Part shown: positions 51,250 to 61,315 of the stretch, in pieces
Numbering within the stretch: the first letter of the stretch is position 1
Layout of the letters: each line of letters opens with the position of its first letter
Source of the DNA: Candidatus Micrarchaeia archaeon
GTDB taxonomy: Archaea > Micrarchaeota > Micrarchaeia > CABMEP01
Assembly: GCA_038886535.1 (NCBI GenBank)
Contig: JAVZXS010000001.1
Coordinates: forward strand, 32,001 to 96,000
Reading direction: 5' to 3'
Length of the DNA: 64,000 nt
Notes under the pieces: generated by a model
What the model was told of the DNA's origin: nothing
Database searches by the model: none
The model's input: the letters and a program-made list of their open reading frames with translations, nothing else
Translations under genes and position numbers: made by a program

Positions 51250-54200
51250 ATGTCTATTCGTGATTATAAGAAGATAGCTTTAATCAGAGTAAATAAACTC
51301 ATATTTTCATCTTTTCTTCTTTTTGAGCCACTATTTGAACCAATATATGTAAAAGAAACAAAGGTATTTAAATACATACAAAATAATAGTAGTATAAAGG
51401 TGGAAAGGATGGGTGATAAATTGGCGACTGCACAGAAGCAAAAGGAAGAACAGGAAAAGATTCAAATAGAATGGCCTATTGATTCTTATAAAAAATTAGA
51501 TACTATTTATAAAATCATAAAAGAACTTGAATCAAAATTAGATAATAAAAAGAAAAAGGAAATAGAAAAAATATTAGAGTCAGTAGGTTATAGAGGTCTA
51601 ATTTCTGCTATAGAAAATTATAGAAATGGCTTAGTTGAAATGAAAGTGCCAGAGAATTATGCAAATATGAAACGCGATGGTTCTATAACTTTTTTCATGG
51701 AAGCTAAAATGTTTTTCCTTGTAGCATATATCACTGAAAACGAAGAAATGGCTAATGCAGTATTAGATGCTATTAAAAATAGAAAAAAAATCGATATAGG
51801 CTACTATATGGGCGGGTATGGAAAAGGAACGAAATATTTTCTTAACCTTAATCCAGAGAAGTCACAAATTGCAAGTCTTTATAGAGTCTTAAAAAGATTA
51901 AAAGAAGAAGGTTATGATATTTCTCAAATAGATTGGAATGGAGTATCTTATGATACTGGTAAAGGAAACCCATTTCAGAGGTTAGATGAAATATATAGCG
52001 CAGGTGAATATCCTCAAAATTATGAGGTTGAGATGTACAATTTATTAAAGAATTATATCTCTACTAAGAAGACAAATAAACCTCTTAGAAATGTAGACAT
52101 GGATCCGGAAAAAGGTAACGTGATTCCTGATCTCACCCTTAGAGAAATGTATGGTAAAACTAAAAATGAAATAAATAAACTTTTAATTGAATTGATTTCA
52201 AAGTATCCTGAGGTTGCATATTTTATACCAGATATATATTCGGATATTACAAGTATCTTAGTCAAGGAAGGATTTAATAAATATATAGGAGATCCAAATA
52301 ATAAAGATAAAGGAAAGCTATTTGAGAAAAAAATGGATGAAGCTGTAAATTACATGGAGGCATTAAAACTATGCTTCGAGAGTATAGAACAAAACATGCC
52401 TAAAATAATTGAAGCTATTCAGAAAAAAGATTTTCTTAAATTATACCCACCTCTTGTAGCGAAATTAATAAGCGACAGCATTCAAAATAAAGACATAAAT
52501 CTAGAAAAAATGTCTAAAAATGATATAGAGTCGCTTAGAATTAAAATTATCAGTTCATTTCTTACTAATACGTTACCAAACTACGCTAATTATTCAGAGT
52601 TGCATATAATTTCTAATCCTTGGTTTAAAGCAATTTATTTTGATGGAAAAAAGAGAATCAGTGCAACATTAACAGAGAAGGAGGTACAAAATGCAAAAGA
52701 AATTCTTAAGAAGAAATGGGAATCTTTTATTTTAGTACCTAAAGATATAGTAACTACAAAAGAAGAGAGAGATCCAACCTTTGATTCAATATCGGATACA
52801 ATTTACAATGATATGGATGCGAAAGTATACGTATTCGATGTGAAAAAAAGACAATACACTAAATATGTTAATGGTTCATTCCCATTAATACTTCAACCTA
52901 TAAATACCACTGCCCTTCGAAAGACAGTTGGAATTGGGGAGAATTGGCCAAGGGGAGACAGATTTAATATAGATTTAGGTTGGTTTGATAAAAATTATTT
53001 GTTAGAAGATGGTTGGAAATTTTCTAACAGCTATATTGATAAAACCTCTAAAGAAAAGATAGAGTTATATCAGAGAAAAGATGAAACATTAGAAGTCATA
53101 TTAAAAAACGAAGAAATTATTTCATTTAACTATTATCCGTGTCCATTAAAAGTCTTAGGTTTATTCGAATTCACAAGAGCAAAATTAATTACAGTTCAAA
53201 AAACTGAAGACGGATTTAAAATAAGATGGGAGATTATTCCGCCGTATGGCAGATACAGTGGTGCAAAATTATTAACTAAAAATAATTTTGCATTTAATAG
53301 AGACAAAAGGGATGCTAGATTATCATTTGTTGAAAGGGAATATTTACCAAAACCTCCAATTATTCCTTCAGCTACATCAAGAATTAGCGTTCAAGGTCTT
53401 TCATTTGATCCCAACTCATTCTATAGCGTTGCAAATGATTTGGGAATAAATATAGATTATTTAAATAATCTCTATTATTCTTCTATAGATTTGGAAAAAG
53501 CATTATCTTCTGGAAGAGAAGAAGATATAAACAATGCAGCTTGGAAATTAATTCAATCTGCAAGAGATTTTACCTCTGTAATATGGGATAGTAAATTAGC
53601 AAACGATTCTTCGCTTTCAAATTCAGATAAAGAATTTCTGCAGTCATTTAAAGATGGCAAAGTAAACGACTTAAATAGATGGATAGATATAATGAAAGGT
53701 AGAAATTATGGAGGTGCTGCGGATCTTAGTAGAATATTTTTAGCTAAGAGTCAAGCCACAACCGATATCACAACCTCTATGAAAATTAATACCTTTTCAA
53801 TTGCATTAGAGAAGCCCATTAATATGATTCCTTTGAAAGATGCTTCAATATTATCTTTTTCAGGTATAACTTATGGAAGAGCAACTACAAAGTTAGATGG
53901 AATGCTGACTACTACAATACAGGAAATAAATCCAGATGGTACCTACAGTGATCCAATTGTGACACAGCAGAAAATTCATTTTGAAGAAAGCGATGGTTTA
54001 TGGGGTGGGACTTTTGATTTTGGTCGTACTAAAAAAGGAAAGTACGGTAGTTTAAATCTTCTTTTTGGTAATGGTTTTAGGCACTTTGATTTTATTGGAG
54101 CAGGAGATAACATTGTTGATTCGATTTTGACTAAAAAAAATCTATTGCAGATAATTGCAAGCATACCTCAAGCAACTAAGTTAAGTTACACTCAATACAA

Positions 54201-54585
54201 CCTTTTTGGTACTGATTATTATAGCACACGTATAGAAGCAAAATATATATCTTTATCACCACTATCTGACTTATTATATTTGTTAACTGGAAAGAAGGTC
54301 TCTCCCGTATTAGACCTAGGATTAGGTGACATATTCGAATATGATAAAAAAGAAGGTATGAAGTTGAATAAAGAAAAGTTCTCATATGTCGAATCCACAT
54401 TTAATCTCGGTAAGGCATCTACATACATTAGAAAGGAGTTAGGTGGAACTAAAGCCACAGAGATTTATGCATCTTGGAAGAAACCATTTAATGTCGACTT
54501 CTTAGACGAGGTTGGAATGTATGGTAGATGGAATGCTTTGGAAGGCTCTAATTACGGCTTTTCAATTAAAATAGGATTAAAATAA
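51250..54585 (+). CDS. very large orphan protein with a beta-barrel-like C-terminal region (true start may be the ATG at 51409)
   Basis: 1111-aa ORF; helical N-terminal half; C-terminal amphipathic strands ending GSNYGFSIKIGLK. Confidence 0.8.
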   Translation: MSIRDYKKIALIRVNKLIFSSFLLFEPLFEPIYVKETKVFKYIQNNSSIKVERMGDKLATAQKQKEEQEKIQIEWPIDSYKKLDTIYKIIKELESKLDNKKKKEIEKILESVGYRGLISAIENYRNGLVEMKVPENYANMKRDGSITFFMEAKMFFLVAYITENEEMANAVLDAIKNRKKIDIGYYMGGYGKGTKYFLNLNPEKSQIASLYRVLKRLKEEGYDISQIDWNGVSYDTGKGNPFQRLDEIYSAGEYPQNYEVEMYNLLKNYISTKKTNKPLRNVDMDPEKGNVIPDLTLREMYGKTKNEINKLLIELISKYPEVAYFIPDIYSDITSILVKEGFNKYIGDPNNKDKGKLFEKKMDEAVNYMEALKLCFESIEQNMPKIIEAIQKKDFLKLYPPLVAKLISDSIQNKDINLEKMSKNDIESLRIKIISSFLTNTLPNYANYSELHIISNPWFKAIYFDGKKRISATLTEKEVQNAKEILKKKWESFILVPKDIVTTKEERDPTFDSISDTIYNDMDAKVYVFDVKKRQYTKYVNGSFPLILQPINTTALRKTVGIGENWPRGDRFNIDLGWFDKNYLLEDGWKFSNSYIDKTSKEKIELYQRKDETLEVILKNEEIISFNYYPCPLKVLGLFEFTRAKLITVQKTEDGFKIRWEIIPPYGRYSGAKLLTKNNFAFNRDKRDARLSFVEREYLPKPPIIPSATSRISVQGLSFDPNSFYSVANDLGINIDYLNNLYYSSIDLEKALSSGREEDINNAAWKLIQSARDFTSVIWDSKLANDSSLSNSDKEFLQSFKDGKVNDLNRWIDIMKGRNYGGAADLSRIFLAKSQATTDITTSMKINTFSIALEKPINMIPLKDASILSFSGITYGRATTKLDGMLTTTIQEINPDGTYSDPIVTQQKIHFEESDGLWGGTFDFGRTKKGKYGSLNLLFGNGFRHFDFIGAGDNIVDSILTKKNLLQIIASIPQATKLSYTQYNLFGTDYYSTRIEAKYISLSPLSDLLYLLTGKKVSPVLDLGLGDIFEYDKKEGMKLNKEKFSYVESTFNLGKASTYIRKELGGTKATEIYASWKKPFNVDFLDEVGMYGRWNALEGSNYGFSIKIGLK
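51393..51420 (+). repeat. second copy of the 28-bp sequence (inverted relative to 47325..47352)
   Basis: TATAAAGGTGGAAAGGATGGGTGATAAA. Confidence 0.92.
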
Positions 54586-54611
54586 ATCAAATTAAACGAT
54601 TAGGTGATCAT

Positions 54612-56135
54612 TTGTATTTTCTACGATCCAATGTTTCCATATTTTACTTTATTATATTTCTTTCTTCTTTAATTAACGCCATAGATATTCAAACAATATT
54701 TTTATCACACATTAATAATCAATATAATGCTACAGTGAGATTTAACGCTGTAATTCCGTTTAATATATCTTATGGTTCAGTTATAGTAACAAATGGGAGT
54801 TATGTTTGTACTGGTTCTCAATTAGGTTTAACAGCAAATAATATCACTACATTTTCTCCAATTTCGGTTGTGGTTGAATGTCCTCGTGAATGCTCTACTT
54901 ATTCTTCTCCATCATCTTCTTTCCCACAATCTATTTTATGGATTTCAGAAAATGCCTATAATGCAAACAAATCACAATACAATATTACAAGATCTTGGTG
55001 TAATTATAGCAGATTCGCTCAACCCGAACATCCTTTGGCGCAATATAATTATACTTCTATTTATAAATTGCCAGTTAAGCAAACTTCTGGCATTGCAAGT
55101 TTGGGTGTTTTTTGTTATGGGAACATTTCTTTTTATGAGAACAACAATCAAATATCTTCTCCATTCACAGTTTCTTCAACTGGATTAGCTTATTTGTCTG
55201 CAAGATTAATTACAGGAGAATGTTCTTTGCTAGCTAGATCATTTGAGACATCAGGTCCTACTTTAGATTGCTGGTATAGTAATCAAATGTTAAATAACTA
55301 TGTATTTGAAAATTCCACTGAAATTAATGTAATTTCAGGTCCAAACCTTACCCTCACTCCTACTCAATCTGATTATGTTGTGACACCTGGGGGAACGGTA
55401 ACATTTAGGTTTAAGCTAAATAACTCAGGTGATATGAATGCTACTATTTCTGGAGTTACAGTATCTGACGGTTTTTCAGTTGATTCATTTTCACCTTCAA
55501 CTATAAATGCGGGAGAGGTTGTAGATTTTACAGTGTCAGCAACAGCACCCAGTCTGCAGGCAGGAACAACCGTCACTCCTACCATAAGTTTTGACTTCAA
55601 TTCTACAGTTCCAATAATAGGTACATGTGGTGCAGCATCGGTTGCAAATGTAAATGTAGGAAATGTACTTATTGGAGACATTAATCCAATAAATGTAAGG
55701 ATTTATGCAACTCCATCAGGATTCTTTAATGAAGGAAACACATTTCTTCCTTCAAAGTTGAATATAACAGCAAGAATATGGAGAGAAGATCCACCTAATC
55801 TATATTTGAGTGACGTCGTCACGAACATATCAATCTATTATTATAATACAACTCTCAAGAACTGGAGATTGAAATTTGATGTGACCGGCATTTCTGGTTC
55901 AACTGGTTCAGCTACCGAAGATGAAAGAAAGATAGCGTGGTGGAATAATGCAGAAGGAATATTCATTAATCTGAATGAAACAATTTCATCTTCCTCTCCA
56001 TTTAGCTATGTGCCTGGCGTTTATAAGGTTGAAATCAGATCTTATGATGGTGCAGCAACAAGAGGAAGCAAGATTCAAACTGATTCTAGCTATTTTGTAA
56101 TATTCAACCTTCCAGGATGTGCAAGAAAGGTATAA
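54612..56135 (+). CDS. secreted Ser/Thr/Asn-rich surface glycoprotein with an Ig-like (CARDB/NEW3-like) domain
   Basis: Signal peptide; many N-x-S/T sequons; V.PGGTVTFRFKLNNSGD.NAT...FTVSATAP Ig-like module. Confidence 0.8.
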   Translation: MYFLRSNVSIFYFIIFLSSLINAIDIQTIFLSHINNQYNATVRFNAVIPFNISYGSVIVTNGSYVCTGSQLGLTANNITTFSPISVVVECPRECSTYSSPSSSFPQSILWISENAYNANKSQYNITRSWCNYSRFAQPEHPLAQYNYTSIYKLPVKQTSGIASLGVFCYGNISFYENNNQISSPFTVSSTGLAYLSARLITGECSLLARSFETSGPTLDCWYSNQMLNNYVFENSTEINVISGPNLTLTPTQSDYVVTPGGTVTFRFKLNNSGDMNATISGVTVSDGFSVDSFSPSTINAGEVVDFTVSATAPSLQAGTTVTPTISFDFNSTVPIIGTCGAASVANVNVGNVLIGDINPINVRIYATPSGFFNEGNTFLPSKLNITARIWREDPPNLYLSDVVTNISIYYYNTTLKNWRLKFDVTGISGSTGSATEDERKIAWWNNAEGIFINLNETISSSSPFSYVPGVYKVEIRSYDGAATRGSKIQTDSSYFVIFNLPGCARKV

Positions 56136-56223
56136 GTCAGGCATGAAGTAGAATAGGCATACAAAGGAACGTTTAAAAGATTTGATGGACATTTATTTCT
56201 TAGAATAACTTAAGGGTGGAAAT

Positions 56224-56958
56224 ATGATAGATACACTTAAGAATGCAATAGAGAGCTATACAAAGAATATAGGGATGATATTATTCTTTTCAATTCCATT
56301 TTTGCTTTCATTAGTTCTTTTGCTTCCTCCGTTCTCACCAGCACCAGTATTCACAGCTCTAGGTGGGTATTTCCTTAGATCAGGAAGCATTCCAGAAATG
56401 ACAATGATGGATTTTATAACAATAATATTTTCAGCAGGCATCTCATTACTCTTTATCTCCCTTGCAGCAGTTGCAGTCACCCTTGTAGTTAAGGCTTCAA
56501 GGACAAGAACAAGAGTATCTGCAGAGGCAATGAGAAACCTTGGAAGATACACTTTTACAGTATTTGGAATATTTGTTGGAATAAAGGTGCTTGAATTCTT
56601 GCTTCTCAGTTATTTATTATCAATTAATATGAATGAACTTCCTGCATTGTTAGTTAATTTCATTGTTTCATTAGGTTTGTTCTATATAGCACCAGCAGTG
56701 GTTCTTGAAGAGAAAAAGCCAGTTCCAGCATTGGTAAGCAGCTTCAACCATATAGCAAGAAGGCCATTGAATTTCATAATGTGGCTTTTGGTTGCATTTA
56801 TCATGATTTATGTGTTCTCATCGTTGTCATTCATGATGTTCTCAGATCCAATGATGAGACAAGGATTCATTATTCTTATGAATTCTGCAATAGTGCTTCC
56901 ATTCCTGGTTGTCCTTCAAGCTCATCTTTACTTGTCAAAATATACTATAGTAAGATAA
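56224..56958 (+). CDS. integral membrane protein (about 6 TM)
   Basis: Hydrophobic helices; P.VVLE....AL..S motif typical of GDPD-membrane-domain-like proteins. Confidence 0.78.
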   Translation: MIDTLKNAIESYTKNIGMILFFSIPFLLSLVLLLPPFSPAPVFTALGGYFLRSGSIPEMTMMDFITIIFSAGISLLFISLAAVAVTLVVKASRTRTRVSAEAMRNLGRYTFTVFGIFVGIKVLEFLLLSYLLSINMNELPALLVNFIVSLGLFYIAPAVVLEEKKPVPALVSSFNHIARRPLNFIMWLLVAFIMIYVFSSLSFMMFSDPMMRQGFIILMNSAIVLPFLVVLQAHLYLSKYTIVR

Positions 56959-56979
56959 CATGATGAGCAAGGTGTAGAT

Positions 56980-57219
56980 ATGGCTGCTAAGCGAAAGAAG
57001 GAAAAAAGTCTTTTTACCAAGTCAAACCGACAGCTATTAGGATTTGTTCTTCTTTTATTTGTTTTCGCACTTCTTTTATACACCACATTTGTTCTTTTCA
57101 ATGAAGGAAATGTTTTCAAAGACAAAAAAGAGAACAATACAGCCATATCAAAGCAGGATGAAGGAATGACATCAGTGTCTATCATCTATAAACAGAACAG
57201 CACAAAAAATTCAAGATAA
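56980..57219 (+). CDS. small single-TM protein
   Basis: Basic N-terminus, one hydrophobic helix, AAGGTG RBS. Confidence 0.65.
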   Translation: MAAKRKKEKSLFTKSNRQLLGFVLLLFVFALLLYTTFVLFNEGNVFKDKKENNTAISKQDEGMTSVSIIYKQNSTKNSR

Positions 57220-57312
57220 CACCCTATAATCTATGTAATTGAAGGGTTAATGTCAATAGTTTTTTAAATATAAACCTACAATAATTATTGTTATTTTCTA
57301 TTTGTCATTCAA

Positions 57313-58044
57313 ATGACAAGGAGTGGTATTATGTATCCGACATCACCTTCTGCATATGATAGAGCAATCACAGTTTTCTCTCCAGATGGAAGATTATTCC
57401 AAGTAGAATATGCTAAAGAGGCAGTCAACAGAGGAGCAACATCCATGGCATTGGCTGGAAAAGACGGAGTAGTATTCATAGCACATAAGACAAAGATTTC
57501 AAAATTATTTGTTCCAGAATCGTTAAAGAAGATATTCATGATAGATGAACACATGGCGATAGTTGCATCTGGGTTGATAGCAGATGCAAGAAGACTGATA
57601 GACACAGCAAGAATAGAAGCACAGAGGTATAGATACACTTACAATGAGCCTGCAGATGTTGAATATATAACAAGAGAAATAGCAGATATGATGCAGGCAT
57701 ATACTCAATATGGAGGTGCAAGACCTTTCGGTGCTTCATTAATATTTGGAGGTGTAGATTCAGAACCTAGAGTTTTTGAAACTGAACCCAGTGGTTCATA
57801 TACTGGTATGAAAGCAGCAGTGATTGGAGCAGGAAGAAACGAGGTTTCAGAATTCTTTGAAAAAGAATATGATGAAAAAATGAATATAGAAGAGCTTATA
57901 CTTTTTGGATTCAAAGCTCTCAAAAAGATTCCAGATATGAAACTTAAATCAGAAATATTTGACGTAGGAATAGTTCCATTATCTACAAAGAAGTTTGAAT
58001 TTCTTTCTCCTGAAAAAGTTTCAAGCTACGTTTCTAAAGTTTAA
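57313..58044 (+). CDS. psmA: proteasome subunit alpha
   Basis: [37 protein letters not shown] and EPSG motifs. Confidence 0.98.
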   Translation: MTRSGIMYPTSPSAYDRAITVFSPDGRLFQVEYAKEAVNRGATSMALAGKDGVVFIAHKTKISKLFVPESLKKIFMIDEHMAIVASGLIADARRLIDTARIEAQRYRYTYNEPADVEYITREIADMMQAYTQYGGARPFGASLIFGGVDSEPRVFETEPSGSYTGMKAAVIGAGRNEVSEFFEKEYDEKMNIEELILFGFKALKKIPDMKLKSEIFDVGIVPLSTKKFEFLSPEKVSSYVSKV

Positions 58045-58076
58045 TTAATATTGAATTCTGCAATAGAGGTAATCTT

Positions 58077-58778
58077 ATGGGACTAGAGAAGGCAGTTGTT
58101 GCCTCGATTAAGATAAACGGAGAGACATTTGAAATATACGTTGATCCTAACGCTGCTCTTGATTTTAAGCTTGGAAAGAAAAAAGATTTTAACAATGTTT
58201 TAGTAGTAGAAGAGGTCTTCAAAGATGCTAAGAAGGGTGAAAGGGCTTCTGGTGAAAAAGTAAAGAAGGCCTTTGGAACAGAAGATATTTTTGAGATAGG
58301 AAAAAGAATAGTGCTTAATGGAGATGTTCCAATCACAACAGAGCAGAGAAGACAGATGATAGAAGAAAAAAGAAAGAAAATTATTTCTATATTAGCAAGA
58401 GAAACTATAGATCCAAGGACAAATGCACCCCACCCACCACAAAGAATTGAAAAAGCAATGGAAGAGGTAAAAATAAACATTGATCCGTTCAAACCAGCAG
58501 AAAATCAGATAAATGATGTAATTTCAGCATTAAGAGCTATTCTACCTATGAAAATAGAAACTGCAGTATACGCAATAAAAGTGCCCGCTGATTTGGCACA
58601 GAAAATATACGGTAGTATAAAATCTTACAATGTACAGAAAGAGGAATGGCAATCTGATGGTTCATTAATTGCATTGATAGAGATACCAGCAGGAATGCAA
58701 ACTGAATTTCTTGATAAAATAAATAAACTTACATCAGGTAGAGCACAAGTAAAGAATATGCCTAAAGATAAAAAGTAA
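58077..58778 (+). CDS. ribosome maturation protein SBDS/Sdo1
   Basis: [21 protein letters not shown] and IDPRT.APHPP.RIE.AM motifs. Confidence 0.96.
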   Translation: MGLEKAVVASIKINGETFEIYVDPNAALDFKLGKKKDFNNVLVVEEVFKDAKKGERASGEKVKKAFGTEDIFEIGKRIVLNGDVPITTEQRRQMIEEKRKKIISILARETIDPRTNAPHPPQRIEKAMEEVKINIDPFKPAENQINDVISALRAILPMKIETAVYAIKVPADLAQKIYGSIKSYNVQKEEWQSDGSLIALIEIPAGMQTEFLDKINKLTSGRAQVKNMPKDKK

Positions 58779-58973
58779 GTCCGTTTCAAACTAAAAAGGA
58801 AAGTTTTAAATATGATAAGTGTATAAGATATTTATATTCCTCATCTTTTCACGCTATATGCTTTTACTATTGCTTAGGCGTTGATTAAGAGGGATCTTTT
58901 CATTCGACTATTTTATACACTTAATAAATTAGAATTATGAATTTTGAAAAACTAAAAAAGAAAGGTGAATTAA

Positions 58974-59618
58974 ATGGGAAGACTAGTAATACCTGGCGAT
59001 TTACTTTTAGATAAGCCAATAAGAAATCCTTATACATATATAAAGGAAGGAAAAACATACGCAGCTATAGTCGGTATGTTTGATGATCAGCAAAATAAAT
59101 TTATGCCAATAAAGGCATCTTATCTTCCATCACTTAGAGATAGTGTGATAGGAATAATAGAAGAGGAGAAAGTAATAGGGTATGGAGTAAATTTATTTTC
59201 TCCTTACCATGGTCTTCTTTCTTCAAAGATACTTAGAACTACATTTAATGTAGGTGATATAATTTTGGCAGAAGTTTCAGAAATTAGTGAGGTAAAAGAC
59301 ATATGGCTTTCTAGACCAATAAAGTTAGTTGGTGGAGAAATAATAGATATCTCACCAACAAAAATTTCAAGAGTAATAGGAAAGCATTCATCAATGCTTA
59401 ATATATTAAAGATAGGAACTGGATGTGAGATAATAGTAGGAAAAAACGGTCTTATTTGGATAAAAGGTCAGAATTCAGCGAAGGCAATAGACGCAATAGA
59501 AAAGATCTCAAGGGAAGCGCATACAAGCGGGCTTACAGATAGGATAATGGAATATCTTGGAGTTACTCAGGAAATGCTTCAGAGATTCCAGACTTCAAGA
59601 GAGCAATACAGATACTAA
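58974..59618 (+). CDS. rrp4: exosome RNA-binding subunit Rrp4
   Basis: VIPGD, Y.P...D.VIG.I, KH motif RVIGK..SM, VGKNG.IWI and AHTSGLTD. Confidence 0.95.
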   Translation: MGRLVIPGDLLLDKPIRNPYTYIKEGKTYAAIVGMFDDQQNKFMPIKASYLPSLRDSVIGIIEEEKVIGYGVNLFSPYHGLLSSKILRTTFNVGDIILAEVSEISEVKDIWLSRPIKLVGGEIIDISPTKISRVIGKHSSMLNILKIGTGCEIIVGKNGLIWIKGQNSAKAIDAIEKISREAHTSGLTDRIMEYLGVTQEMLQRFQTSREQYRY

Positions 59619-59666
59619 TCTGGGAATGCAGATTCAATAGAATTATGATTATTAGAGGTGAATTAA

Positions 59667-60467
59667 ATGGGAGGAAATTCAGAAGTGCCGTTGATCGTAA
59701 ACGGTAAGAGATTAGATGGGCGAGGATTAGAAGATTTGCGGCCAATAACAATAGAGGCAGGAGTATTAAATAGGGCAAACGGAAGTGCTTACCTAACCTG
59801 GGGGAAGAACAAGGTTCTTGCCGCAGTATATGGACCAAGAGAGGTTTTTCCAAAACACGAAACAAATCTTTATGGTTCAATAGTTAGATGCAGATACATG
59901 ATGGCTCCTTTTTCTACTGAGGAACATGGAAGAGCTGGTCCAAACAGAAGATCAAGGGAAATTTCAAAAGTTATGAAAGAAGCGTTTGAATATGTTATAA
60001 TTAAAGAAGTTTATCCAAAAACAGCAATAGATATATATGTAGATATACTTGAAGGCCAAGGTTCTACAAGAGTCGCAGGTCTTACTGCGGCTGCAGTTGC
60101 TCTTGCAAATGCAGGTATACCAATGAGAGACATACCTATAGGCATTTCAGTAGGAAAGATAGACAACAAGATAGCTGTTGATATGATGAGAGAAGAGGAT
60201 AATTTTGGTCAGGCAGATATGCCATTAGCAATAAATCCAACAACAGGGGAGATAATACTTCTTCAGATGGACGGAAAGATGACAAGAGAGGAATTCATTC
60301 AAGCATTGGAGCTTGCATTTGCAAAAGTTCCTGAAATAAGAGAAAAGCAGATAGAGGCATTAAGAGAATTTTTCAAGAAATCATCTGCAAGTATAGAGGA
60401 AAGTAATGGAAATGGTTCTCAAGAAGAACAGATTCAAGAACCTGTAGATCAACAAGCGCAGGAATAA
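59667..60467 (+). CDS. rrp41: exosome catalytic subunit Rrp41
   Basis: RLDGR..DLRP, A.GSAY, YGPRE, RRSREIS, G.GSTR and EED..G.ADMP motifs. Confidence 0.97.
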   Translation: MGGNSEVPLIVNGKRLDGRGLEDLRPITIEAGVLNRANGSAYLTWGKNKVLAAVYGPREVFPKHETNLYGSIVRCRYMMAPFSTEEHGRAGPNRRSREISKVMKEAFEYVIIKEVYPKTAIDIYVDILEGQGSTRVAGLTAAAVALANAGIPMRDIPIGISVGKIDNKIAVDMMREEDNFGQADMPLAINPTTGEIILLQMDGKMTREEFIQALELAFAKVPEIREKQIEALREFFKKSSASIEESNGNGSQEEQIQEPVDQQAQE

Positions 60468-60488
60468 TTGAATAAAAAAGGTGATTAT

Positions 60489-61268
60489 ATGGTTATGGTT
60501 ATTGATGAGTTGAAAAAAGAAGCGATTAGAGACATGCTTAAGCTAGGAAAGAGAATTGATGATAGGGCCTTTGATGAATATAGAGAGATAAGTATTAAAA
60601 CCAATGTAATTTCTGCTGCAGAAGGTTCTGCAGATGTTACCATAGGAAAATCTAGAGTAATGGCAGGTGTAAAACTTGAAGTGGTAGAACCATTCCCAGA
60701 TAGACCAAGAGAAGGAACGCTAACTGTGAACGCAGACCTTCTTCCAACTGCGCATGAAACATTTGAAGAAGGACCACCATCTGATGAATCAATCGAACTT
60801 GCAAGAGTGGTTGATAGAGGAATAAGGGCGGCAGAAGCAGTTGATTTGAAATCTTTGTTTATAGAAGAAGGAAAAGTGTGGGGAGTATTTGTTGATATAT
60901 ATACTTTAGATCATGATGGAAATCTTCTTGATGCAGCAGCATTGGCAGCTACAGCAGCTCTCCATAGCATGAAGATTCCAAGATATGAAAATGAAAAAGT
61001 AATAAGAGAAAATATGACACCAAAGAAGTTATTAACAATACCTACACAATGTACATTTGTAAAAATAGGTAAAGATATAATTTTAGATCCAACATACGCT
61101 GAAGAGATTGTAGCTGATGCAAGAATCACATATTGTGTTGGAGATGGAATGCTTTATGCAATTCAGAAAGCAGGTCCAGGTGCCTTTACAAAGGAAGAGA
61201 TAATATCTTTGCTTGATAAATCTTTTGAGCAAAGAAAATATTTATTAAGTCTTTTGGAGAAAATATGA
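60489..61268 (+). CDS. rrp42: exosome subunit Rrp42
   Basis: GKRIDDR..DEYR, AEGSA, GPP..ESIELARVVDRGIR, DHDGNL.DA and DPT..EE motifs; start at the ATG after a GGTGA RBS. Confidence 0.97.
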   Translation: MVMVIDELKKEAIRDMLKLGKRIDDRAFDEYREISIKTNVISAAEGSADVTIGKSRVMAGVKLEVVEPFPDRPREGTLTVNADLLPTAHETFEEGPPSDESIELARVVDRGIRAAEAVDLKSLFIEEGKVWGVFVDIYTLDHDGNLLDAAALAATAALHSMKIPRYENEKVIRENMTPKKLLTIPTQCTFVKIGKDIILDPTYAEEIVADARITYCVGDGMLYAIQKAGPGAFTKEEIISLLDKSFEQRKYLLSLLEKI

Positions 61269-61315
61269 TTACACTGTTAGTTAAGTACTTATAATGGTTA
61301 AATGGAGTGATTAAT

